Source: Azolla caroliniana (lineage: Eukaryota > Plantae > Polypodiophyta). Taken from it: 64,000 nt of DNA. The stretch covers positions 7,688,001 through 7,752,000 of the forward strand of contig JBHGNT010000017.1 in the NCBI GenBank assembly GCA_043228905.1. The letters are read 5' to 3'. Below the pieces are notes generated by a model that searched no databases, had not been told where the DNA came from, and worked only from the letters and a program-made list of their open reading frames with translations. Position 1 is the first letter of the stretch; each line of letters opens with the position of its first letter. This document shows positions 14,001 to 23,526 of this stretch, piece by piece. Made by a program: the position numbers and the translations under genes.

Positions 14001-15101
14001 GGTCGGGGTTGTCAACCACACGTCTCCTATGCCGGCAATCCGGCACGTACCTTCGTTTCCCATCCGAACACAGCCATGCTCACCGGCTGTGTAGGATGAG
14101 AAGTATCTTCTCTCCGGGGTCAGGTGGAACGATGCTCCGGAATCGACCACCCAGGTCGTCTCATCGCCGGCAATGTTTAGCTCCCTCTCTTCGGTAATGA
14201 GCATTATCTCTTCTTCACTTGCCGCGAGTGCCGTCGTTCCTTTCCGGTCCTGCCCTCGCCGATCCGAACCTCTCCGGTCCGTAGCTCCCCGGTATGCACC
14301 GTTTCTCTCCGGTGACTTCTTCGAATCGGTGTCGTCGGCTCCGTTGTCCTTTCGGTAATGCCGACAATTCTTCCGGAAGTGCCCCGGCTTCCCACAGTGG
14401 AAGCACGTGGGCCTTCCTCTTGACTGCGACCGGGTCCCCGACTTCTCCCGTCTTTGCGGACTCCGGTTCCATTGTCTTCCCCGTTCCGATTCGGTAAGCA
14501 GCGCCTTCGAGTCGAAGGCCGGTTCTTTATCTCTCCGACGCGCTTCTTCGTTCAAAATACTTGTCTTTACCGTTTGCAAGGACAAGTTATCTTCGGTGCA
14601 GGAGGTGCTGAGAGTCACCACCAAGTTCTCCCAGCTTTCCGGCAATGTACACATCAGGATGATGGCTTGCATTGCATCCTCCAACGGGAACTTGATCGCC
14701 GCAAGCTGGTTCACGAATCCCATGAATGTGCTTACGTGTTCCACCATACTCTCGCCGTCCCGGTACTTGAGGTTCACTATCTTCCTCATCAGGGAGGTCC
14801 GGTTCAACGCATTTTTCCTCTCGTAGAGGCCCGACAGCTTCTTCCACATCTCATATGCGTTGGTGTCGTTCGCCACATGTTGTAGGACGCTTACATCGAC
14901 ATATTGTCGGATCGTCGCTACGGCTTTCCGGTTCAGGAGCTTCCACTCCGACTCAAGTACCCCCTTGGGTATTTCCGACCTGTCGATCGGTTCATACAGG
15001 TCCCGAACAATGAGCAGATCCTCCATCTTTATCTTCCAGTCGGCGTAGTTCTGCGCGTTCAGCACCATCATGCCCGGAGGCCCACTACCGCCGCCTTCCA
15101 T
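11025..15101 (-). CDS. Copia gag-pol polyprotein (~1358 aa from MEGGG)
   Basis: Zinc knuckle CFHCGKPGHFRKNC, protease DSGAS, GAG-pre-integrase LWHKRLCH, integrase DDE core, RT YVDD and RNase H (SDADM-like TDSD, EAEY), in copia domain order. The first ATG downstream of the PBS is at 15101. Confidence 0.96.
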   Translation of the reverse strand: MEGGGSGPPGMMVLNAQNYADWKIKMEDLLIVRDLYEPIDRSEIPKGVLESEWKLLNRKAVATIRQYVDVSVLQHVANDTNAYEMWKKLSGLYERKNALNRTSLMRKIVNLKYRDGESMVEHVSTFMGFVNQLAAIKFPLEDAMQAIILMCTLPESWENLVVTLSTSCTEDNLSLQTVKTSILNEEARRRDKEPAFDSKALLTESERGRQWNRSPQRREKSGTRSQSRGRPTCFHCGKPGHFRKNCRHYRKDNGADDTDSKKSPERNGAYRGATDRRGSDRRGQDRKGTTALAASEEEIMLITEERELNIAGDETTWVVDSGASFHLTPERRYFSSYTAGEHGCVRMGNEGTCRIAGIGDVWLTTPTGCKMLLKNVRHVPEVRLNLISAGRLDDEGYTGSIRNGVMKFSKGSLIVARARKVNTLYLMNSRLCPEELNVAADAAGELWHKRLCHMSEKGMRRLAEDNLIPVKHVHLEKCTDCLAGKQNRTSFHSRPPTRRSGPLELVHTDVCQVETKSHGGAQYFVTFIDDHSRKLWTAPLKTKDQVLSVFKELHARVERESGKKLKAVRADNGGEYRGQFQEYCRSKGIRLEFTVPKTPELNGLAERMNRTIMERVRSMLAHAKLPKGFWAEAMSTATYVINRSPSVPLDGDTPQKVWTGKEVSYRHLKVFGCLAYVHVAKDRRGKLDPKTRPCIFLGYGDDEFGYRVWDPVDKKIFRSRDIIFMEDKSLADWESEKKMKSSKSTGEDQLYEEQSRPARDRLALEHPAEDGEETEPAEEDENDTGIGPDPEMDSDEEEESEEPVTEAPERRYPLRERRAPRRFPEPEHVLLTDEGEPESFEEAKHDTQSRRWLSAMQDEMDSLHENHTYELVELPKGKRALRNKWVFKLKPGDAGNPPRYKARIVVKGFQQKKGVDFDEIFAPVVKMTSIRTVLSIAASMDLEVEQMDVKTAFLHGDLDEEIYMQQPEGFEKKGKEHLVCRLKKSLYGLKQAPRQWYRKFDSFMTDEGYHKTQSNHCVFVKKFEGGDSLILLLYVDDMLIVGRDQVKIRMLKKALHRTFSMKDLGPARQILGMYIIRDRSKKQLWLSQEKYVTKVLQRFNMSEARPVGSTLPANCKLSSKQSPRTKAEKEDMMKVPYASAVGSLMYAMVCTRPDIGYAVGVVSRYMSNPGKEHWNAVKWILRYLKGTANVCLRFGSGKPELDGFTDSDMSADVDTSRSTSGYVMTYAGGAVSWQSRLQKTVALSTTEAEYMAAVEAGKEMIWMKDFIRELGIRQEEYRLYCDSQSAIHLAKNAAYHSRTKHIQRRYHWIRERIEDQEFVLTKVHTDENGSDMLTKVLTPDKLEACRKRIGLERHPMPK

Positions 15102-15132
15102 TTTCTGTGTTACCGTCGCTCTGATACCAGTT

Positions 15133-15803
15133 TGTTGAAAAACAGTGCTCGGCCACAACCGAGGAATGGGACCAACTCACAGAAAACAGGAAATAGACAA
15201 TGCACAAAACAATAGAGAGAAAGGTACACTGGATGTTTTACGTGGAAAACCCTAAATGGGAAAAAACCACGGGAGTCCTCAAACTCCAACTATCACTATG
15301 AACAGGGATGTACACTGGTGAAGCTACAAGGCAACAACCTTGAGCTCACTGTCTTCGCCACAGGCGGCGGTAATACACAGAGGCAACGACCTCTTCGTCT
15401 CTCACTCTCTCTCTCGGCTGCTCTCACTTCTCTCTCTCGGCTGCTCTCACTTCTCATGAAAAATGAGCAACAGCCTAAAAACTGTTTGCCCTAAGTCATA
15501 TTTATACATATATGACTTTCGGGCTATTTACAAATATAGCCTCAAGGGCTCTTAGCAAACATATTCACAGATATGTCCCTGCATCCGGATCTCTCTCCGG
15601 GTACATCCGTCATCCGGCTCCGTAGCCGGGGTCTTCATCATCCGGATCCGTATCCGGGTACTCTTCATCATCCGGATCCGCATCCGGGTACTCTTCATCC
15701 GGCTTCATGCCGGGTACTCTTCATCATCCGGTTCCGTAACCGCAACCGGGCTTGCCGTCATTCATCTCCGGACATCCCATCCGGAGGGACCGTAATCCCA
15801 ACA
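15133..15803 (-). repeat. 5' LTR of the intact copia element
   Basis: Direct repeat of 10344-11014; the PBS is adjacent. Confidence 0.97.
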
Positions 15804-15808
15804 GTTTC

Positions 15809-16376
15809 TAAAGTAGTTATTGTACCATTTCTTGGGCTAAAAGTCCCACTCTACCCAAATTGTAGTCTTAGTGTGAACTCATCCTCAAAGTTAGGGCTTA
15901 GTTAATCTAATTATAAATATGTGGAACTGAGTCTTCTAAAGGAATTCGGCGGGATTTGAATGACAATTGTCTATTTAGCTCTCAAACTGTGTAATTGTCT
16001 CTTCTCTATTTTTGTCTCCGTCTTTGATCTTTGAGATTAATAGTGCACCATTCTACCAATTTCATGTTTTCCAACTCTATTCCACAAGATCCATACACAT
16101 TTCCACACCAGTCAGCCAACCTCACACATCATGGCCGACCAAGACACACTTAGTGTCATCAACTGGTATCAGAGCGACCTTGGAACTGAGCAACATCAAC
16201 ACAAGTAGAAAAACTATTCTGAAGGAAAGAACTAGAAAAGCATCAATACCTCCATAAGAACTATGGCTTTGACATCTAGCACAAGCTGTGAGATTAGGTA
16301 GTTTGATGGCAAAAATTTTGCCCTATGGAAGGAAATGATGTAGGATGTGTTCATGATTAGACGCTAGATAGAGGCT
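15809..16376 (+). mobile_element. Older copia element: 3' part of the 5' LTR, PBS and gag start
   Basis: TATAAATA at ~15912. The LTR ends ...CATCA, then PBS TGGTATCAGAGC at ~16166. Gag start at 16263 reads MALTSSTSCEIR*FDGKNFALWKEMM*DV. Confidence 0.75.
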
Positions 16377-19300
16377 TGTAAAAAGATATGATTGCGGAAG
16401 AATATAGACACGGTTTTAATGGTAACCTGACACGTGAGAGACAAAGAGAGCAGAACAGTAAACTCTATTTCAAAATAATAACACTATGTACATACAATGT
16501 GCTCAGTGAGCACTTTTATACAAGTCCTTACACGAACTGATAGAAGTACTAACATGTACTTCAATGCTCATACAAGACACTAACACTGACTCCCAAAAAT
16601 ATGCCTACGTATTAGGCTAGATTTGTAGGCCTCTAACGGCCTACCGGTCTGGCTCTCCAATCCTGCTCCTTGTTTCGGATACCATCCGAACACTGATCCG
16701 ATTCTCCGTTCCGCATACCGATCCGACTATGGCTTATTTAGCCAATACGGATCCGGTTGAGCTTATCCGCTCAACACTCCCCCACAAGCTCAACTTGAGG
16801 TTAGATCGTTGTGACAATGTTTGTGGTAGCCGACCCTCTCGTTTGGCTCCTCCTCGCGTCCTCCCGCCTGGCTCGCGCTCCTCGTCCGGTCTGGTTCGTC
16901 TTCTCGCGACACGTCTGGTTCCACGCTCCTCGACCTTCTCAGTTGACTTGTCAGCTCCTTCATTGTTCCGACTCCGGTGCGTCTCGACCCGTCGGTTCCT
17001 CCGTGTCAGTGTTGACTTCCGCTACCTCCTTGTCCGTTTGGCCTTTAGTTGATTCGGCTCCTCCGAATTGGGTGCATCCGATTCATTCTAGTTGTTGTCC
17101 GAATTGGATGTCTCCAATTCGTCCTCAATCTTCAGACCTTCATGACATCGGACCATGTCCATGTCTTGGTCTTCCCGAATTTGCCTCCCCCTTTTTCAGT
17201 TGGCTTCGGCTTGGGCTCTCCGTTCCGGTGGCTCCCCTTGTGTTCGGTCTCGGCATCTTTAGTCATCCCGTGCACTCCGAATTCTTTAGTCGAGGCGTAA
17301 TCAAAATCAGTTTCAAACTCGTCTTTTCGGTCGTCTTCCTCATTCCTCCTTTCAGTCCTCCCCCTCAAGTTCGACTTATCGAAGTACTGCACACCCAATG
17401 CACTGGAAAATTGCCACAACTTGTCTAAGCTGAGGGGTTTGGTGAGGATATCAGCCACCTGCCGGTTTGTCGAAACATACACTAGTTCCACTTCACCCGA
17501 GAGAACACGCTCATGAACAAAATGATAGTGCACCTCGATGTGCTTAGTTCGGGCGTGAAAGACGGGGTTCTTAGCCAACTAGATGTTGCTGAGGTTATCG
17601 CAATAGATCACCGTCGCATCGGATACCTCCACCCATAGATCCTTTAGGAGCCTCTTGAGCCATATGGCTTCGCATGTCGCGAAAATTGCTCCTCACTACT
17701 GGGCCTCAGTGCTCGACAGTGCAACTGTCGGCTACTTCTTACTACTCCAAGCGACCGCAATGCTCCCAAGTGAAAATGCATATCCAGATGTAGACCTACG
17801 GTCACCGGCATTTCTGGCCCAATCGGCATCCGTGTAGCCAACAAATTGTTCGGCTACACCAGTTCGATACAACAACCCCTTGTCATTAGTGCCACTAACG
17901 TACATCAATATTCGGTGCGTGCATTGAAGGTGCTCCATGGTCAGATGCGTCATAAATTCACTTATCAATCCGGCCGGATAACTAAGGTATGGTTGTGTGA
18001 TGGTCATATATATAAGGCTTCCGACTATTTGTCGGAACCTTTTTGGGTTGCATGCCGTTCCGGAGTCGGGGCGAAGCTTCACATTCCGGTCTAGAGGAGT
18101 CAAGACGGATTTGCATTCCGTCATACCGAATTTGATTAACATACATAGCACATAGTGGCATTGACCGATTAGTATGCCTTCAAGGATTCGGATCACTTCG
18201 ATCCCGAGGAAGTAATGAAGGTCTCCTAGATCCTTCATTTCGAATGATGCCGTGATCTTCGTGTTCCAGGCTCGCGGGGCTTGCTTAAGTCCGTAGAGGG
18301 ACTTCTTCAATCCGCAAACGGCTGATGTGTTCATTCTGGACTGAAATCTGGGGAGCTGAACCATATACACCTGTTCCGCAAGATCACTTTGTAGGAACAC
18401 GTTCTTTACATCCATCTGATGTAGATGCCACCCCTTTGTTGCTGCCACTGCAAGCAAGACACAGACAATCATCATCTTTGCGACTGGCGTGAACGTCTCA
18501 TTGTAGTCGATGTTGTGTTGTTGTGCGTAGCCCTTGGCCACTAACCGGGCATTGTTCCGGTTGACGGAGCCGTCAGTTTTGTATTTGACCTTGTATACCC
18601 ATGGGCAACCCACCGGCTTCACCCCTTTCGGTACATCGACTAAATTCCATGTCACATTTTCCATGAGTGCGTGCATCTCTTCCTCCATGGCCTTCCGCCA
18701 GTTCGGATCCTTAGTCGCTTCTGCGTAGCTCTCGGGCTCCCACACGGCTACCTCCTTCACCATGTACGCATAATGATGCACCATATACTCATTGTACCCG
18801 TACCTTTTCACGGGGTTTTTCTAGCGGGTGGATCAATGCAATTCCTGATTCGCCATTTCGTGGCTGTCTTGGTGTACACGGACTTCTCTTCCAAAGATCC
18901 GTTGCTATTTTGTCGAAGTTGGATCCACTCTGATCTGACTCATCTCTGCCGGTGTTTTACTCTGACATCTTCTTCTTCCCTTTATCTCTGCGCATGAACC
19001 GTCTCCTCAGCTTCTTGTGCGAGCAGAGCATGGCCGAGTCGTCACTACTCGCCGGCGCCGGCTCATCATTCGGTTGACCACTCCGGCTCAACTGGTCCGG
19101 ATTCGGTCCACTCATCCGGAGAGAAGTCGGACTATCCGATTGTTCGGATTTCGTGACACTTCTCGGCTCGGGTTTGTGTGGAGAGAAGTACCAAGATGCC
19201 AATTCATCAAAAACCACATCTTGACTGACTATGACCGCTTTCGATTGGGGGTTATAACACTTATAACCCTTCTGTTCATCCGAGTAGCCGATGAGAATTC

Positions 19301-20835
19301 ACTTTTCGGCTTTCGCGTCTAACTTCCTCATTTTTCTTCGGTACATGGACATATGTAATGCTACCGAACACCGGAAGGTGTGCCAAATTCGGCTTCCGCT
19401 CGAAATACAGTTCGTGCAGCGACACCTTTGTCCATGAGGCAGATATCCAATTCTAGATGTAGACGGTTGTCCGACTTGGTTTGGCCCAATAAAACTTGGG
19501 CATGCTTTTCTCCTTAAGCATCTCCCTTGCCACTTCTACTAGCGTCCTATTTCGACGCTCGGCCATGTCGTTCTGCTCCGGCGTGTATCTGCAAGAGAAT
19601 TCTAGTTGGATTCCCTTCATCTGTAGATAGCTCGTGAACTAGCTGAAAAAGCACTCTTTTTCGCCATTTGATCTCAAACTCTTGATCTTTCTTCCGGTAT
19701 CTCGTTCGACAAGGTTCTTCAAATCCCGGAAAAATGAGAAGACTTCGCTTTTCTTCTTGATTAGATAGATTGAAGTGTGTCGGGTGAAATCGTCGATGAA
19801 GGAGACAAAATACTAACTACCACTAATGCTCATGTTTTGTGCCGGTCCCCAGACATCCGAATGGATGAGATCAAGCCGATTCCGACCCCGATTCTTCCCA
19901 TTGGGGAACGGAATCCTATGCTGCTTCTCGAGCTAGCAAGCATCACATATTTGGCCTTTCCGGCCACTGAACTTCGGCAGTCCGGAAACTACGTGTTTCG
20001 ACTACAACTCCTAAAGCTTCCGAAAATTGATGTGGCTGATCCACTTGTGCCACAGGTTGATGTCCGATTCGACCTTCTGCCCTTTCACAAACATAGTGGT
20101 GCCAACATCATTCTTTTTTAGGATAAAACATCCTCCCGTCTCAGCGCCCTTGTGCGATGACTTTGCCCTCTTCGTTGATGAACCACCCGAGGTGTGTGAA
20201 CTGAACCTGCATGCCTTGATCGACATGTTTGAGGGGAACCTCTCCAATGTGCTCGATGGTATGCGGGATGTCGTCTTTGGTTTCGATCACCCCCGATTGT
20301 TCCGGTTTTTCTAGATAAGCAAACACTCCGTGTGGCTTGTCATATGGTTTGACGCTCCAGAATCAACATACCATACCTCATTCGGTTTCGAGGTGCTTGT
20401 CTTCATCGAATTGGCCTTGTGTTTCATCACAAAGGCGTAGTGCGAGCTTTGCCAGTTTCCCCGTCCGGCCTTACCGGATCCGGATTTGTCCAAATCGGCG
20501 CGCTTCTTCCAGCACTTGCTCTTTGTGTGGCCCTTCCGGCCAGAGTACCAACATTCCGTTGCGGTCTTCTCTTGCCGGTTCCCGGCACTGCCTTGACTCC
20601 CCCTGCTTGTGGAGGGTCTGGAACTGTCGTCGGCACCATCGTTGTGCTTCTTATTCTGCTCTTGTAGGCCGCTTCCACCGCGTGCCAATCTACCTCATCC
20701 GGCACGACCACAGGGACGATCGGCCTCCGTGTACAACATCCTGTTGTCGGTGTGTGTGCTCGTTGATGCACCCGCGTGGTTCTCCTCTACAAGGAGCATC
20801 GATTGTAAGTCGAAAAATGAGGGCATTGTGTTACT
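16377..20835 (-). mobile_element. Decayed Ty1/copia element (3' LTR 16377-16776; RNase H, RT, INT, PR and partial gag; 5' truncated)
   Basis: LTR TG...CA followed by the PPT complement CTCCCCC. Fragments read AKNPVFHARTKHIEVHYHF, LKKSLYGLKQAPRAW, WYVDSGASNHM and a zinc-knuckle remnant, with many stops and frameshifts. Confidence 0.92.
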
Positions 20836-20908
20836 ATATATTTAATGTATGGATTCTATGTTGCTTACTACATATTTATTAACTTGTTTCGATTCAATTA
20901 TACAATAG

Positions 20909-21636
20909 GGTTAAAACAAACATAACTTGTACCCCAGGTGATCGAATGGTGAGCATTGTGGAGCACATGTGCATGGCCTACTACAATGCAATTTCTAAGA
21001 AGAAGGCTCGGGCACATGTTAATGAGTGGAACATTGTCAACTATATCATGTGCCCAGCTATAACGAAGAAATTGTGCCATGTGTCTAGCGATAAGAGTTT
21101 AGTAAACCCTTATCAAAAGCCCCAACGATTGATTAATCGATTGATCGAGTTGTTCTCGAACCCTGATGATTGGGTTCTCGACTTTTTTTCTGGAACATGT
21201 AATCTCATAAGTTTCATCAATTTTTTTAAAAATGAAATATTATTTCTTGTCATGTTTTCTTACTTTTGTATGTGTGATTGTTTATTTAGGAACGACGACT
21301 GCATGTGCTCTTAAACTGTTCAGGAACTGTGTCACATTAGAAAAGGACCCCGACCAAGTCAATTTTATTAAGATGAGGATCCAAGGCATCTGGGATTGTC
21401 CAGACCAGGACCAAGAGGTTGGGGCAAAGCATATCAATGAAACATAGATGTTTTAGTTGGCCTCCAGAGAGCCGATGGAACCTATAGACGAGGAAGGAGG
21501 CGACCTTGTTGACCTTGACAATGCACCGGGTTCTGATCATATACAAGATTCAGCTGAGGAGACATAACATGTTGATGTAGCACCACTGTCAGCTAATCTT
21601 GGAGAGTAGCCTGTTCCAGACCTCCTAATGGAGTGA
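20909..21636 (+). pseudogene. Spliced fragment of a beta-class N4-C/N6-A DNA methyltransferase (PF01555-like), 5' truncated
   Basis: Exon 20909-21198 reads (W)VKTNITCTPGDRMVSIVEH...VNPYQKPQRLINRLIELFSNPDDWVLDFFSGT. GT-AG intron 21199-21289. The exon from 21290 reads (G)TTTACALKLFRNCVTLEKDP... This matches the motif X (P.QKP..L..RLI), motif I (D.F.G.GTT) and motif II (R...+E.D) order of beta-class amino-MTases. The splice-junction codon reads TGA and later CAG/CAA-type codons read as stops. Confidence 0.82.
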
Positions 21637-22400
21637 TTGTATATTAGTTTGTATTTGTAACTATAAATTTGTAACACTAAACTTGTTTTGGAATATAAGG
21701 TTATTTTGTTTGAGTACCATTTCTTTACACTATCTGATTGGTTTCTAAACTTTAATTGTCTATCATATATTTGTATTGGTTGACTCGCAAAGTATGTGGT
21801 TGTTAAGTATAATTTTTATTGAATAGATGATGATGAACTTATTAATTGTATGACAAATGTTGGTTATAATTGTTTCTTTATTAATGTAATTGAATTTAGC
21901 TTTATTCTAGGATTTCTGAACTCTTTAATCTTGGTTATTTAGTTTCGAGTGTACAAAATAATATTAAGTCAACTTTGTTGCTCACTTGATCTTACATTTA
22001 GGTTGTTCATATATGATTGGGATATAATGTTCGTAGAAGTTTTTGGGCATGTGAGGTATATAATGTGATATTCACAATATAGAATTAAATTTGGGTTTCT
22101 AAAATTGTTCAATTGGATTCAAATTCAACATTATGTAAAATGAAGCATATTACAATTATATTTGAAAGCATTCTCGTAATCCATGCGAATGTCTGGCAAA
22201 ATATGTGTATGAATTGAGAAAATACAGGTTAAATTTTAAATCTTGATAATATTAACTGTGTTTTTTATTGATGTTATTAAAAGTCATGTGTGCATGCGTG
22301 ATACATTCTTGAAAGTTTGTTAAAAAATTGTAATTCTTGACATCTCATGTATTTATCAATAAAGGAATGCGACATATTACCTGTTCTAAATGACCCGGTG

Positions 22401-23526
22401 TTATCTGGCTACAAAGTGAAAATGGTATGGTCGGACAATAGTGGTGAATATGTTAGGAAACATGTCCCTCCGGATGGAAGTGAGAAGAGCAGTACTGATG
22501 AGCAAACTCGGCCGAGGCCGAAACCGGATGTGGAAGACCCAGCTACGGAAGACCCAATAGTGGTGAATATGTTAGGAAACATGTCCCTCCGGATGGGAAG
22601 TGAGAAGAACAGTACTGATGAGCAAACTCGGCCGAGGCCGAAACCGGATGTGGAAGACCCGGCTACGAAAGACCCAGTGAGAACCGGATGACAAGTACCC
22701 GGAAACGGAAGACCCGGTGAGAACCGGATGACGAGTACCCGGCAAGAGCCGGATGGTGAAGACCTAGTGAGAACCGGATGTGGTGTACCTGGCAAGCGCC
22801 GGATGAGGAGTACCCGGCTACGGAGGACCCGGTGAGAACCGGATGAGGAGTACCCGGCTATGGAGGACCTGGTGAGAACCGGATGAGGAGTACCCGGCAA
22901 GAGCCGGATGGTGAAGGCCCGGTGAGAAGTGCTCACCGGATGAAGGGACATATTTGTAAATATGTTTCTGAGAGTCCATCGGGGCTATATTTGTAAATAG
23001 CCGAAAAGTCATATTAGTATAAATATGACTTAGGGCAAACACTTGTTGAGTAGTTGTCATTCTTGTTGGCGCAAGATCAGAGCGCGCAACTGTGTATAGA
23101 GAGAGTGAGAGAGAGGAAGAGGTTGTTGCCTCTGTTGTAACCGCCGCCTGTGGCGAAGATAGAAAGCTCGAGGTTGTTGCTTCGGTGCTTTACCATTTTG
23201 TACATTCTGACATAGTGATAGTTTGCAGTCTGTGGGCTGCCGTGGTTTTTTCCCTAGTTTGGGTTTTCCACGTTAACATCTTGTGTTCTCTTTTCTCCAT
23301 TGTGATGTGCATTCATTATCCGTTTTTTTGTGTTTTGATTTTAGACTCGGTTGTGGCCGAGTGTTGTGGAAAGGGAGTGTGCATTCCTGTCAGAATACAC
23401 CTCCAGAGCCTTCGAGAAGTACATGTCTAAAAGAGGGATCAAATATCAAGGGATCGTTCCCTACACCTCGATATCGAATACTGTGGCCGAATGAATGAAC
23501 CAGATGATCCAAGAACGGGTGATGGT
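22401..23526 (+). pseudogene. Copia integrase fragment split by a solo LTR
   Basis: Joining 22401-22450 to 23398-23526 gives LSGYKVKMVWSDNSGEY-TSRAFEKYMSKRGIKYQGIVPYT...VAE*MNQMIQERVM, an integrase core. Confidence 0.8.
22451..23392 (+). mobile_element. Solo LTR of the Tnt1-like copia family, with a duplicated 5' junction
   Basis: TG...TGTCA, TSD GAATA at 22446-22450 and 23393-23397, homologous to 1969-2429. A 119-bp tandem duplication (22436-22554 / 22555-22674) spans the junction. Confidence 0.9.

Larger units (their letters stand above)
10344..15803 (-). mobile_element. Intact Tnt1/Tork-like Ty1/copia LTR retrotransposon
   Basis: 671-bp LTRs at 10344-11014 and 15133-15803 (TG...CA). 5-bp TSD GTTTC at 10339-10343 and 15804-15808. 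Met-i PBS at 15118-15129, PPT at ~11015-11030, and a single uninterrupted polyprotein ORF. Confidence 0.98.

Noticed and set aside
15102-15158. ORF-track N-terminal extension (MWPSTVFQQTGIRA) of the polyprotein
   Set aside because: It starts at a non-ATG codon within the LTR/PBS; the real start is the ATG at 15101.
11040-15215. Many long + strand ORFs overlapping the copia polyprotein
   Set aside because: Antisense shadow ORFs of GC-rich coding sequence with no recognisable motifs.
20836-21640. Bacterial contamination as the source of the MTase
   Set aside because: It has a spliceosomal intron with plant-like AT-rich composition, is contiguous with plant retroelements, and shows the same C-to-T decay.
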